Notes under the pieces: generated by a model
Databases searched by the model: none
Seen by the model: the letters and a program-made list of their open reading frames with translations, nothing else
What the model was told of the DNA's origin: nothing
Shown: piece by piece, positions 8,541 to 17,690 of the stretch
Layout: each line of letters starts with the position of its first letter
Numbering within the stretch: position 1 is the first letter of the stretch
Made by a program: the position numbers and the translations under genes
DNA from: a virus
Lineage: Duplodnaviria > Caudoviricetes
DNA: 64,000 nt
Direction: 5' to 3' (one strand)
Virus record (IMG/VR): IMGVR_UViG_3300028601_000022
Span: 78,807-142,806 of that record

Positions 8541-9062
8541 TTACAGCTTTTCGAGAAAGGCGCCGACCAGGGCATGGTTGCCGAGAATACGCGAAAGCAC
8601 AGAGAAGCCTTCCTTGACCTTGTACAGGTTCGTCATGTCGATGCGGGACATATCGACCTTGCCCATGAGCGAGGACATGAGGGGCGCCGTGCCGAGAAGG
8701 AAGATGCCGTAGAACATGGTTGGAATGGAGACCTTGGAATCATCCTGCTCAATGGTGAGGGGAATGTCGCAGGAAGTAAGGATGGAAAGGTACCACTTGA
8801 CCAGTTCCAAGATAAATTCATGGAGTTCGGTCTGCAGGGCCGACTTCACGTCAATGAATTCGGAAATTTCATTGAAGTAACAGTTTTCCTGCTTGAAGAA
8901 ATCCTCGTCAAAGACGTTGTAGGAGTTCACCAAGCGGTACACGTTGAGAATGTCCACTTCGTTGCAGTCATTGCCTTCGGCAAGATAGCCGTTGGTAAGG
9001 AGCTTGCGGAAAACCTCAATCTTCTGTTCCAAGGGAAGTGCTTTGATTTCCTGGGGTGTCAT
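8541..9062 (-). CDS. hypothetical acidic helical protein
   Basis: 173-aa ORF, AGGAG RBS. Confidence 0.65.
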   Translation of the reverse strand: MTPQEIKALPLEQKIEVFRKLLTNGYLAEGNDCNEVDILNVYRLVNSYNVFDEDFFKQENCYFNEISEFIDVKSALQTELHEFILELVKWYLSILTSCDIPLTIEQDDSKVSIPTMFYGIFLLGTAPLMSSLMGKVDMSRIDMTNLYKVKEGFSVLSRILGNHALVGAFLEKL

Positions 9063-9158
9063 TGTAACCGTCTCCTAAAGGTTTAGCCCAAATGCGGGCT
9101 TCGTTGAACAAATCTCATTTGAACGAAAACCTACCCGATACGCTATATTTAACGTATC

Positions 9159-10289
9159 CTAGATGCGCAGAGCAGGTACTCGGTGAAGAGGAACGCCGGC
9201 AATTTGCATACCGTCCATGTATGGATATCTCCAGGAAGTGGAAGGCCAAGAGAGCCCAAGGTGGCCAACAGGGCGCATATTCTTGAGGATTTGATTCTTT
9301 ACAGCAACAAGCTGGTTATCCAAGCCGTCCTTGATTCTGCCCAATTCGCTTTCAATGAACTGGCTTCTGTCTGAGGACAGAGATACCGGTTGGCCCGAAA
9401 AGTCGAATGAGCTATCCCCTTCAGCAAGATACTGCGCCCTGAGGGCAGCCCACTTTGCAGCCTCAAGGAGCCAATACTGGCACCCTTTAAGCTGATACAT
9501 TGTTTGGTAGCTTTGGAGCGTCCAGTCAGTAGGAATCTTCAGGCCATTTATGTATTCCGCCCCCTGTTGGAGATAGAAGTACAGTTCTGAATCCCGGTAG
9601 CCTTGGTATATGTCAACAGCCTTGGCTACTTTATCCAGGTACATGCGCAAATCAGAGATTTTCTGCATATCCCACAGGGACGCGCAACGGATAACCTGGG
9701 TAAATACACAGGTATTACCGCTATCCTTCATAACCCATACGGCCATGTAGTCCGAACCTGACACAAACGTACCCTCAGGTATTGTGGTACTGTAAATGTA
9801 ATAGTCCGAATACAGGCCTTTCTGCTCCGGCACCGCAGAAAATACCTTGGTACCTGTGGAGTTAAACACCTGAAGCTCTACATCCATAACCCGTCGGGGC
9901 AGGGGTATTGAAAGCTCAATAGAGGTTAGGGCCAGAACCAGCTTTTGCTGTTCCCTTGCCTGTGTAAGGTCATAGGTTGGATGCACAACATCGAAGGTTT
10001 CCCGAAAAGCATGCTCCTTGCCGTTAGTAGCCAGGAAATCCCACGATATAGAGTAGTGGCCTACATCCGTGGAGAGCATTGCGGTTTCAGGTATGGTGAA
10101 TGTGGCATCATAGCCCATTGTTCGGTCGTTGAAAGAGCCAACTCCAGCAACCACCAAGTCGCCCATAGGGTCAAGGACCTGGTAGCTGGGATACAGGGTT
10201 GGGTTGCTGGTTTCAAGCGGTGCATTGAACTTGTCGAGGAAGAAGGCAGATGCCGTAACTTCCTGTCCCAAATACACTGTTCTTTCCAT
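9159..10289 (-). CDS. putative virion neck/head-tail adaptor protein
   Basis: beta-rich N-terminus and a helical C-terminus (DLRMYLD...DSELYFYL...FDFSGQPVSLSSDRS) resembling head-completion proteins; context. Confidence 0.45.
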   Translation of the reverse strand: MERTVYLGQEVTASAFFLDKFNAPLETSNPTLYPSYQVLDPMGDLVVAGVGSFNDRTMGYDATFTIPETAMLSTDVGHYSISWDFLATNGKEHAFRETFDVVHPTYDLTQAREQQKLVLALTSIELSIPLPRRVMDVELQVFNSTGTKVFSAVPEQKGLYSDYYIYSTTIPEGTFVSGSDYMAVWVMKDSGNTCVFTQVIRCASLWDMQKISDLRMYLDKVAKAVDIYQGYRDSELYFYLQQGAEYINGLKIPTDWTLQSYQTMYQLKGCQYWLLEAAKWAALRAQYLAEGDSSFDFSGQPVSLSSDRSQFIESELGRIKDGLDNQLVAVKNQILKNMRPVGHLGLSWPSTSWRYPYMDGMQIAGVPLHRVPALRI

Positions 10290-10300
10290 ATAAATACCGC

Positions 10301-10774
10301 CTAGCTAGCGTACTGCGAGTGGTTGTAAGACCAAGGGCCCCAAACTGTGCCGTTGAAGCAGCGGCTAAGCACTTGTGCTACGCCACCTATGTCGGTGTTG
10401 TGCATGCGGGCACTCTGCAACACCTGCAGGGAGTCGTCGAGCATTACCGTAGACACATCCAGCCACCAGTAGGCAGTAACGTCCTGCGGAGGGTTAACGG
10501 ATACCCCCTGAATAGACTGCATCAGGAACTTGCCATCCATCTTCATTTCGTCCCAGTTCTCCTCTTCGTGAAGAACCGTGTGGGGAACGATGCAAGTATC
10601 AATAACCTGCCAGTGATTGGGAGAAAGGCCGGGTTCCCTAGGCCCGCCAAGCTGTGGGCCACTTGCAGCAATCCAGACGTATATCTTGTCCTTATGCCGT
10701 TTGATTGTGGGAATGTAGTAGTTATTCCCTGAGTTCCAATCCAGGGCAACCTGATTGAAGATACCGGGCAACAT
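10301..10774 (-). CDS. tail-fibre-type protein (CBM-like N-terminus, pyocin-knob-like C-terminus)
   Basis: W...Y...Y...PG...HW N-terminal pattern; C-terminal SRCFNGTVWGPWS. Confidence 0.5.
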   Translation of the reverse strand: MLPGIFNQVALDWNSGNNYYIPTIKRHKDKIYVWIAASGPQLGGPREPGLSPNHWQVIDTCIVPHTVLHEEENWDEMKMDGKFLMQSIQGVSVNPPQDVTAYWWLDVSTVMLDDSLQVLQSARMHNTDIGGVAQVLSRCFNGTVWGPWSYNHSQYAS

Positions 10775-11314
10775 AAAGCCTCCTTAGTCGTGTTAGTAGT
10801 GTTCTTAATGGTCATTCAATGGTCATTCAATATGTCCTGTGTAATGCAGTGGACACCTAGTCCGATAGACAAATCTCTGCCTTACCGTATGCGCGTATCC
10901 AGATACTTAATCGTTGTATGCTTTATGCTTCTTACATAGTCTACCTGGTAACTACCTCGAAATACGTTTAAGCGAAGAAAAGAGCGAAAGAAGAGAGTTA
11001 GCTTTCGTAGCGTTATGAGTGAAACGAACTTGCGATAGCAATGTAAGTGATAACGGAGCGTGCGAACGAGCAAAGCATAGTATCACTTACTTATTGCGTA
11101 AGCAGAGAGCTTCCGAGACGAACGGGAGAACATTCAAAAATCCAGAGAAAAAAGACCAGGAAACAAGGTGTAGATACATGGCGGATATTGCTGTGTTCTG
11201 CACCTTTTCCTCTACCTAAGGAATCTGTGTGGTAAATCCTCTATGTTAGGATTCTGTGTGGTACTAGACGTTCAATGCTATGCGAGAGAATACATATTGT
11301 GTACCTGAATCCTT
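10775..11314. other. non-coding divergent strand-switch region, candidate replication origin or regulatory hub
   Basis: no convincing ORF; purine-skewed; short direct repeats (AATGGTCATTC x2, TCTGTGTGGTA x2); GAGTGAAACGA and GAGCGAAAG motifs. Confidence 0.4.
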
Positions 11315-11335
11315 ATGATGTACGGAGTAACCTAT

Positions 11336-11674
11336 ATGTCTGCTAAAGAACGCAGTATGTCTGCTAAAGAACGCAATGTTCCTAAGACAAGCAAAGAAGC
11401 CTGGGTAGCGGTTAAGCGGGCTGAGGAAGACCTTAGAAAGAAGACAAAGAAGGCTTTGAATCTGGAGAAGAAGGAAACGAAGGGTGGTAGGGCCTGGATA
11501 AACATAAGTGTTAGTACCGAACTGAAAGAAGCCCTTATTATGCTAAAGCAGCACTATAGTGCCAAGGCGGAGAAGAAAGGGAAGAAGTTCCTATATGATG
11601 ACCTATTCCGTTGCTTAGTGAAGCAGAATCCTAAGACTAGGCGGGTTCTGGAAGAGCTAGGAATAGACCTTTAA
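11336..11674 (+). CDS. small basic protein, possible DNA-binding (RHH-like)
   Basis: Lys-rich; WINISVSTELKEAL beta-alpha pattern; N-terminal MSAKERS duplication; GGAG RBS. Confidence 0.55.
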   Translation: MSAKERSMSAKERNVPKTSKEAWVAVKRAEEDLRKKTKKALNLEKKETKGGRAWINISVSTELKEALIMLKQHYSAKAEKKGKKFLYDDLFRCLVKQNPKTRRVLEELGIDL

Positions 11675-11686
11675 AAGGAGAAGCTT

Positions 11687-11782
11687 ATGCTGAATGGTAT
11701 TTCTGTTAGCCCTGCGGATATGTACCCGGTAAACCTGGGCATTGAAATGGGTGAAAATACCTACACCGTAGACTTAAAATAA
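11687..11782 (+). CDS. 31-aa peptide (MLNGISVSPADMYP...)
   Basis: AAGGAG RBS, ATG...TAA fills the gap. Confidence 0.4.
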   Translation: MLNGISVSPADMYPVNLGIEMGENTYTVDLK

Positions 11783-11805
11783 GGGAGAACTAACATGGCC
11801 GGTTT

Positions 11806-12327
11806 TTGTACACACCGATTAACTCGCCTCTTTTGCACGTTCTGCGCAAGGCTATCCGCAGGGAAGATGTATCTCCTATTGTACCTGACTGGTGCAAGGA
11901 GGGAGTTGAATGGGATAGCCACTGCACCATGTACTACGGTCTTACCAATCCTAATGGTACCGACGTAACGAAGGAATCTCTTCCTGAGATTGTGGACTTC
12001 CTGCAGTGCTTTATTGCAGACAATGAAGAACTGGTGTTCGTGCCTAATAAGTGCGAAGTGTTTGAAAACCCCAACTGGGACTGCCTTGTGGTGACAGCCG
12101 TAGCCGGTGGGCTGAATGCACTTCACGCCGCCTTCCAGAAACGCTTCAACTACAAGGGCAGCGAATATGAGTACAACCCTCATGTTACTCTTGGCTATGT
12201 TAAAAAGGGTTTAGGCAAGGGCTACGCCAACAAGTTCAACACCGGCTATGCAGGCCACAAGGCTATGCCAGTGAATAGCATTGTGATTGAATTTGAAGAC
12301 GGTTTCAAGCACGAAATATATGTGTAA
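11806..12327 (+). CDS. acb1: 2H phosphoesterase, Acb1/T4 gp57B-like anti-CBASS candidate (possible frameshift near start)
   Basis: HCTMYYG and YNPHVTLGYVKKG double HxT motifs; the best RBS-ATG (11795) is out of frame. Confidence 0.7.
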   Translation: MYTPINSPLLHVLRKAIRREDVSPIVPDWCKEGVEWDSHCTMYYGLTNPNGTDVTKESLPEIVDFLQCFIADNEELVFVPNKCEVFENPNWDCLVVTAVAGGLNALHAAFQKRFNYKGSEYEYNPHVTLGYVKKGLGKGYANKFNTGYAGHKAMPVNSIVIEFEDGFKHEIYV

Positions 12328-12375
12328 GTGACCTCGACCTCGAGGATGATTAACCATTTAATAAGGAAAATTACC

Positions 12376-12960
12376 GTGGCAAAGAAAGCCAAAGAAGCAG
12401 AAGACCTTCCTGGGCGTATAATCGCAGTTGACCCTGGTGTGGACAACCTGGGCTGGTGCATATTGACCTGCGAGGGGAAGTTAACTGACTGGGGCCTTGT
12501 TACAAAGACCCTGGATGACGTTAAAACTACTGCGGACATTGCCTCATTCCATGAAAACATGAAGCCGCTCGTGCAGATTCTTTCCGCCTCCCCTAACCAG
12601 GAGTTCATCATGGAACGATATATGCCTCGCGGTATGCGGCGTGGGAATCAGGTGGAACGTATCAATATCGTTATTGGCTATATAATGGCGGCTGTTCCTT
12701 ACCTGTCTTTAACCATGGTGCCCGCAAGTAGCTGGAAGAACCACAGCGAAAAGCACTATACCTATGTGGACAACCCAACTGTTCCGCCCCACATCGTTGA
12801 CGCCTACACGATGGGTCTGTATTATGCCGAGCGTGTGCGAGGCTTCATTACACCCAAGGAAGTGAAGCGGCATCTGCGTTCCGTGCGTGAAAACGAATGG
12901 GGTTGGAAAAAGAAGAAGAACGTCTGGACTCGCATTGACCCGAAGAAACGAGGTGCATAA
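12376..12960 (+). CDS. RuvC-like Holliday junction resolvase
   Basis: IIAVDPG...LGW, IMERY, PASSWK, HIVDA. Confidence 0.75.
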   Translation: MAKKAKEAEDLPGRIIAVDPGVDNLGWCILTCEGKLTDWGLVTKTLDDVKTTADIASFHENMKPLVQILSASPNQEFIMERYMPRGMRRGNQVERINIVIGYIMAAVPYLSLTMVPASSWKNHSEKHYTYVDNPTVPPHIVDAYTMGLYYAERVRGFITPKEVKRHLRSVRENEWGWKKKKNVWTRIDPKKRGA

Positions 12961-14519
12961 TGGGAAAGGGAGAAGCGAACATCATCATAAGCGACCGATT
13001 GTATGTGCCGCTGAAGGCCTGGAAGCGCGTCCCTGGCGATACGCGGAAAAGCATAGTGAAGTGGTTCAAGAAGGTGTACGTTTCTCCTAGCACCTATTGT
13101 GACCTCATACAGAATAATAGGCACTGTACCAACTGGGAGAATATGCAAGATGAAGAGGGCAACCAGGCTGCCGATGAAATGTGCAAGTCCTGCCCTATGG
13201 CAAAGCGGAAGTTTGTTTGCGCTTTCCGCAATGAGGAATACGCTTCTTTCTATCGGGGTGACCTTGATAAGGTGAAGAAGGTCATTGCTCTTGTAAAGAA
13301 ACACAACAAGGGCATTGAATTGCAGGATGACCGAGTGCTTGCTCCCTTGAAAACGCGGTTCTCTGTAACCGAGTCCGGCGACTCCCGCAGCGAAAGCCAG
13401 AACAAACTAGCCCGTTCTTACATAAAGAAGGGCTACGGTATCCTGGTTGCAGCGGCCCGCTTTGGCAAAACGCGCATGGCTGGTGTTGTTGCGGCGGAAC
13501 TAGGGCAGCGCACTTTCGTTCTTGCTCACCAGAAGGAACTCCTTGAGCAGTTTCTTTCCAACTGGTTGAAGTTCACCAACATAACACCTGACCAAATCAA
13601 AATCAATCCTACCGAAGAAGAAGCGAAGAAAATCGCTGTTAGCCTCTTTACATACCAGCACTTCCTGCAAAAGCATGGCAGAAAAAGGCTCAAGGCCCTA
13701 CGCAAAGTCCCTGGCCTTGTCATTGTTGATGAAGCCCACCGATGCGGTGCAAAGGGATTCAATCGAACTGTCAATGCCTTTCATGCCATGTATCGCCTGG
13801 GCATCACTGCAACGCCTAACCGCAAGGACAAAGCGTCCTTCCTCATATACAACACCTTCGGCCCTGTCACAGCAGAGGGCGGTGTCGAAATGCTTAGTTG
13901 CGACTACAAAGTGGTCAAGACTGGTGTTATCTTCCCTGACTACGATAAGGTTGCGCATCGCCGGCGATTCCAGTACCTGCAAGCAGCAATGCAGAAGGAT
14001 GAGGAGCGCAACGGCATCATTGCAAAACGGGCAGTGCGCAACGTGGATAAGGGCCACCAAGTCCTCATTCCCCTCAAGGGTGTTGCTCATGTAAAAGAGG
14101 TAGCCAAGCTGATTCGTGCCCGCATGAAGAAGGAAGGTTACAGGAATGCCCGCGTCTGTGAGTTCTCCGCTGCCTTTGTAAAGGGCAAGGCTCGTGAGGA
14201 AACCGCGCAGAAGATACGCGACGGCTACTACGATGTGGTTGTTGCCGTGGAGTCCATGATTAACGTAGGCTTTGACGCGCCACACATGAGCAATCTTGTC
14301 CTTAACGCAGGGACATACTCCTTCAACAACGAAAACCGCTACCAGCTGTTCTCGCGTATCCGCACCAAGTGCGAAGGGAAGAAGAAACCGCTTATAGACA
14401 TTCTTTCGGATGACTGCAAGTGGTCGGACTTCTCCCTTAAGGCCACGTTGAAGCAGATGGAAGAATACAAGTTTACTGAGGTTAAGGCGAAGAAGAAAAA
14501 GAAGGCAAAGGCAACATGA
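12960..14519 (+). CDS. SF2 DEAH-box helicase (UvsW-like)
   Basis: AARFGKT, VDEAH, GITAT, VGFDAP, Q..SR; N-terminal Cys cluster. Confidence 0.85.
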   Translation: MGKGEANIIISDRLYVPLKAWKRVPGDTRKSIVKWFKKVYVSPSTYCDLIQNNRHCTNWENMQDEEGNQAADEMCKSCPMAKRKFVCAFRNEEYASFYRGDLDKVKKVIALVKKHNKGIELQDDRVLAPLKTRFSVTESGDSRSESQNKLARSYIKKGYGILVAAARFGKTRMAGVVAAELGQRTFVLAHQKELLEQFLSNWLKFTNITPDQIKINPTEEEAKKIAVSLFTYQHFLQKHGRKRLKALRKVPGLVIVDEAHRCGAKGFNRTVNAFHAMYRLGITATPNRKDKASFLIYNTFGPVTAEGGVEMLSCDYKVVKTGVIFPDYDKVAHRRRFQYLQAAMQKDEERNGIIAKRAVRNVDKGHQVLIPLKGVAHVKEVAKLIRARMKKEGYRNARVCEFSAAFVKGKAREETAQKIRDGYYDVVVAVESMINVGFDAPHMSNLVLNAGTYSFNNENRYQLFSRIRTKCEGKKKPLIDILSDDCKWSDFSLKATLKQMEEYKFTEVKAKKKKKAKAT

Positions 14520-14716
14520 GTGACCTGGAATACATAATTCACACAATGCAGGCAATGTCAGAGAGTGAGGATGCAACAGAGCGCCTTTTAGCGGAGCGCA
14601 TCACCAACTTGGCAAGGTCAGCAGAAAAGGCGAGGCATCGTGCTCAATTTGCTGGAACCCGAATGCTTAGAATGGCGAGAAAGTACCGGGCAGCACTGAA
14701 ACTCATACATAGTTAG
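14516..14716 (+). CDS. hypothetical protein
   Basis: ATGA overlap with helicase stop. Confidence 0.55.
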   Translation: MSDLEYIIHTMQAMSESEDATERLLAERITNLARSAEKARHRAQFAGTRMLRMARKYRAALKLIHS

Positions 14717-14820
14717 CCTAAGGGGAGGTAGTATGGAAATTTCTTTGAGGGATTACTTTGCAGCACCCTGCCCTGAGCAGGAGTTGCTTCTTAGTGGTAT
14801 ATCAAGCAGTGAGGACTGGC

Positions 14821-15003
14821 ATGTGGGCCGTGTTTAAAGTGCGGGATGATGAAGGAAACAAGGTTGCCGTTCACATTGCTCCTTGTGACTCTGGTGGATG
14901 GCTTTCTCCATTACATGGACTTATTCCCAATTGCAGGTGCCGCCCGGAAGAAGAGTTGAATGAGGGGTGCGTCCCTATCTATATCCATCACCATCTACAT
15001 TAG
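14821..15003 (+). CDS. small His/Cys-rich hypothetical protein
   Basis: GAGGA RBS; H..H..CRCRP..HHH. Confidence 0.45.
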   Translation: MWAVFKVRDDEGNKVAVHIAPCDSGGWLSPLHGLIPNCRCRPEEELNEGCVPIYIHHHLH

Positions 15004-15018
15004 GAAAGAGAGGACAAC

Positions 15019-15372
15019 ATGGATGAAGTAGTCTACATATCTGGTCCTATGGCAGGCCTTCCTGAGATGAATTACCCTGCATTCAACCGTGCTGCGCGGC
15101 ATCTCCGCAACATGGGTTACCAGGTTGAAAATCCGGCTGATAACCCTGAGCCTGAATGCAAGTCCTGGGAAGGGTACATGCGCTTGGCTATCATTCAGCT
15201 TATGCGCTGTCACATTCTTGTTCGCCTGCCAGGCTGGGAAAACTCCCGCGGCGCCTCCGTTGAAAACGACCTTGCGCAACGCTTAGGGTTCAAGATATTT
15301 GACCTCCATGTTTTCCTCGGTTTGCAAATACACAAAAACCTGCCCGTTGTGGGCGAGGCAAGCAATGCGTAA
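15019..15372 (+). CDS. DUF4406 / nucleoside 2-deoxyribosyltransferase-like protein
   Basis: VYISGPMAG, NYPAF, NPA, W..YMR, LPGWENSRGA..E. Confidence 0.85.
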   Translation: MDEVVYISGPMAGLPEMNYPAFNRAARHLRNMGYQVENPADNPEPECKSWEGYMRLAIIQLMRCHILVRLPGWENSRGASVENDLAQRLGFKIFDLHVFLGLQIHKNLPVVGEASNA

Positions 15373-15456
15373 ATTCGCGTTCCTTATTGTTGTGGTTGCC
15401 CTGCTGGCTTATGCGAGTTTGCGTCCCATAAAAGAATAACTTCCCAGGGAGGGAGT

Positions 15457-16251
15457 ATGCTTACAGAAAAATATACAGGCGGGGGCAAGGTAGTCCTCAT
15501 TGCTGGCGGAGGCAAGATATTCACTGACATTGCTGCACGTTTTGTGCAGAGCGAGCGCAACCTGGAAGAAATTGTCTCCTCTCCTTACAGCCGCCAGATT
15601 GTCCAGAATATCCTTGATTCCGGACACCGCGCTGCTTTGGAGTTTGACTTCTTCCTGTTCGGGGTGGAAGGCTATTCTCGCGTTACCGAAGTTCAATTGG
15701 TGCGCAAACGCCTTGCCTCCTACCTCATAAAGTCGGGCAGGGCTGAACTCGGCGGCAAGCGCAGCTACAGCGTGGTCTATCCCCGTGAAGCTGCCGAGTT
15801 TACAGCCAATGTAACGCTGCCGGACGGGCACATGGCTGCACTTAGCGGCCGTGACCTCGCCGATGTATCCAGGCAATGGTACGAAGCTGGCTTGGAAGCC
15901 GGGCTCCCTGAACAGGACCTTCGTTACCTCAAGCCTCAGGCTACCGAGTTCAAAGCCATCATTGGCATGAATGCACATGCCTTGCTTGATTGGTTTGGCA
16001 TTCGCTGCTGCCTTAATGCGCAGCATGAAATTCGCCATATGGCTACTTCCATGCTTTCTCTCGCAAAAGAAGCTGCCCCGGACTTGTTTGCAAATGCAGG
16101 CGCCCAGTGCCTTCAGCTGGGGTACTGCCCTGAAAACGACAGGCAGAACCCTGCTTGCCGCGGTAAGGTATACACGCAGAAACAAGCCATCCAGATTCTC
16201 AAGGAAGCACGGGCTTACAGAAAACCTGAGATTCTTGAGGAATCCCACTAG
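15457..16251 (+). CDS. thyX: FAD-dependent thymidylate synthase
   Basis: GHRAALEF, SR...QLVRKRLASY...SGR (variant of RHRxxS...SxR), DLRY..P, R.C..AQ.EIR. Confidence 0.88.
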   Translation: MLTEKYTGGGKVVLIAGGGKIFTDIAARFVQSERNLEEIVSSPYSRQIVQNILDSGHRAALEFDFFLFGVEGYSRVTEVQLVRKRLASYLIKSGRAELGGKRSYSVVYPREAAEFTANVTLPDGHMAALSGRDLADVSRQWYEAGLEAGLPEQDLRYLKPQATEFKAIIGMNAHALLDWFGIRCCLNAQHEIRHMATSMLSLAKEAAPDLFANAGAQCLQLGYCPENDRQNPACRGKVYTQKQAIQILKEARAYRKPEILEESH

Positions 16252-16255
16252 CCAG

Positions 16256-16290
16256 AAAGCCCGCTTCTAATAACACAGGGGCGGGCTTTT
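16256..16290 (+). terminator. intrinsic terminator
   Basis: AAAGCCCGC...GCGGGCTTTT directly after thyX. Confidence 0.7.
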
Positions 16291-16354
16291 ACCCTACCAC
16301 CCACGATTAAAATATATAGATACGAATACGGAATAACATAAGGCAGGACGCGGC

Positions 16355-16771
16355 ATGAGCAACTATACCCTTGAGGATGTCTGCCTTACCTGGAATGAAT
16401 ATCCGAATTTCATGTTTACGGACGTTCTGGTAGGGCCTGAAAAATCTTTCGTTTTTAAGTTTTCCAACTGCCATAATACCCAGCACAGGCCTATTTTTGA
16501 GAGTAAATTTTGGGATATATACTCTGTCGTCAGCAGGGGAATATCTAAGCCTGCTGGTCTTATAATGGTGGCAAAGGGTGAGACCGTTGTTTGTACAGAA
16601 AAAGCGGTTTCGTCCTGCAGGTCAGATAACTCTAAGGACTATATTGAGTCCCTTGAAAAAACAAAACCCTGGTCTTTCAATGGCCTTGACCTTATCCGTT
16701 ATGAGGAGGCCGGGGAAGTTATCACTGACTTGTGCACCATAATGGGTGTAGACGTAACAGTTGAACTATAA
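16355..16771 (+). CDS. hypothetical protein
   Basis: 138-aa ORF, AGGA RBS. Confidence 0.6.
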   Translation: MSNYTLEDVCLTWNEYPNFMFTDVLVGPEKSFVFKFSNCHNTQHRPIFESKFWDIYSVVSRGISKPAGLIMVAKGETVVCTEKAVSSCRSDNSKDYIESLEKTKPWSFNGLDLIRYEEAGEVITDLCTIMGVDVTVEL

Positions 16772-16787
16772 CTACAAGGAGCCAGTT

Positions 16788-16988
16788 ATGGCCAATCAGT
16801 ATGGTATTCCTGAAGGCTTTGGTATACCCAGGGCTCGCATCAGCGTTTTTGAAAAGCCTAAGCCGAACCCGGCCGAAGTAAACATGGAACGCTGCAGGGT
16901 ATGCGGTCGCTTTGTAAATGACCATGAAAAGCACTGTCCCCGCGGCCTTGCTTCTCCTCCAGAGAACGACACCTCCGAAAAGGAGTAG
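16788..16988 (+). CDS. small zinc-finger-like protein
   Basis: AAGGAG RBS; CRVCG...H...C. Confidence 0.5.
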   Translation: MANQYGIPEGFGIPRARISVFEKPKPNPAEVNMERCRVCGRFVNDHEKHCPRGLASPPENDTSEKE

Positions 16989-16994
16989 CACGTC

Positions 16995-17690
16995 ATGGCT
17001 GTAAAGCGTCTTGCTTTTTGCAAGTTACTGAAGGCGCAGTATGTGCCCTACTATGCGTATCCTCGGTTTCGCCCGTCAGAGGCCGTGGACTTTTACCAGT
17101 TTGGCAAGATTGAAAGACTGCGCAAGCTGTCCGGAATTATTCCCCGCGAGGAGATGGCCGTAATACGGCCCTCGTTACAGGTAAAAACTTGGGAGCGGCT
17201 GCTCAATCTGGCAAATATACCAGAGGCTACTATCGTTATCTCTTCCGAGATTACGAACTACCTCGCAATACAGGCAGCTGCTCTCCTCAACTGGCGCTGG
17301 GTGAACTTGTTCCCTAACTCCGATTGGAAATGGTTTACGCCCTCGCAGCGCGTGAACGAATACAACCGAGATATGTCCTTTATGTTCATCCGCTCGGTGC
17401 TGCCGTCTAAAGACCAGTCTTATCAGATTATGGACTTGATTGACAAGCATCCTCGCGCTCTCAAGGTCATTATCGTTGGTGGAATGCAGGGACTTGAATA
17501 CACGGATACGTTTCTGCGCATTCCGGTTCATATTGCTCTGCATATAGAAGGGACAAGAGAGAAGTTACCTCCTGCTGTTCAGGTGAGGTCATCCGTTGAC
17601 GTGGACTGCGCTGTACCTGTTCTTACCATGAACTGGTCTAGCACGTTGTCTACCCTTAATGTCTTGAAGAAAGGCGGCAAGCAGGTATGA
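16995..17690 (+). CDS. hypothetical protein preceding helicase
   Basis: AGGAG RBS; overlaps the DnaB start. Confidence 0.6.
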   Translation: MAVKRLAFCKLLKAQYVPYYAYPRFRPSEAVDFYQFGKIERLRKLSGIIPREEMAVIRPSLQVKTWERLLNLANIPEATIVISSEITNYLAIQAAALLNWRWVNLFPNSDWKWFTPSQRVNEYNRDMSFMFIRSVLPSKDQSYQIMDLIDKHPRALKVIIVGGMQGLEYTDTFLRIPVHIALHIEGTREKLPPAVQVRSSVDVDCAVPVLTMNWSSTLSTLNVLKKGGKQV

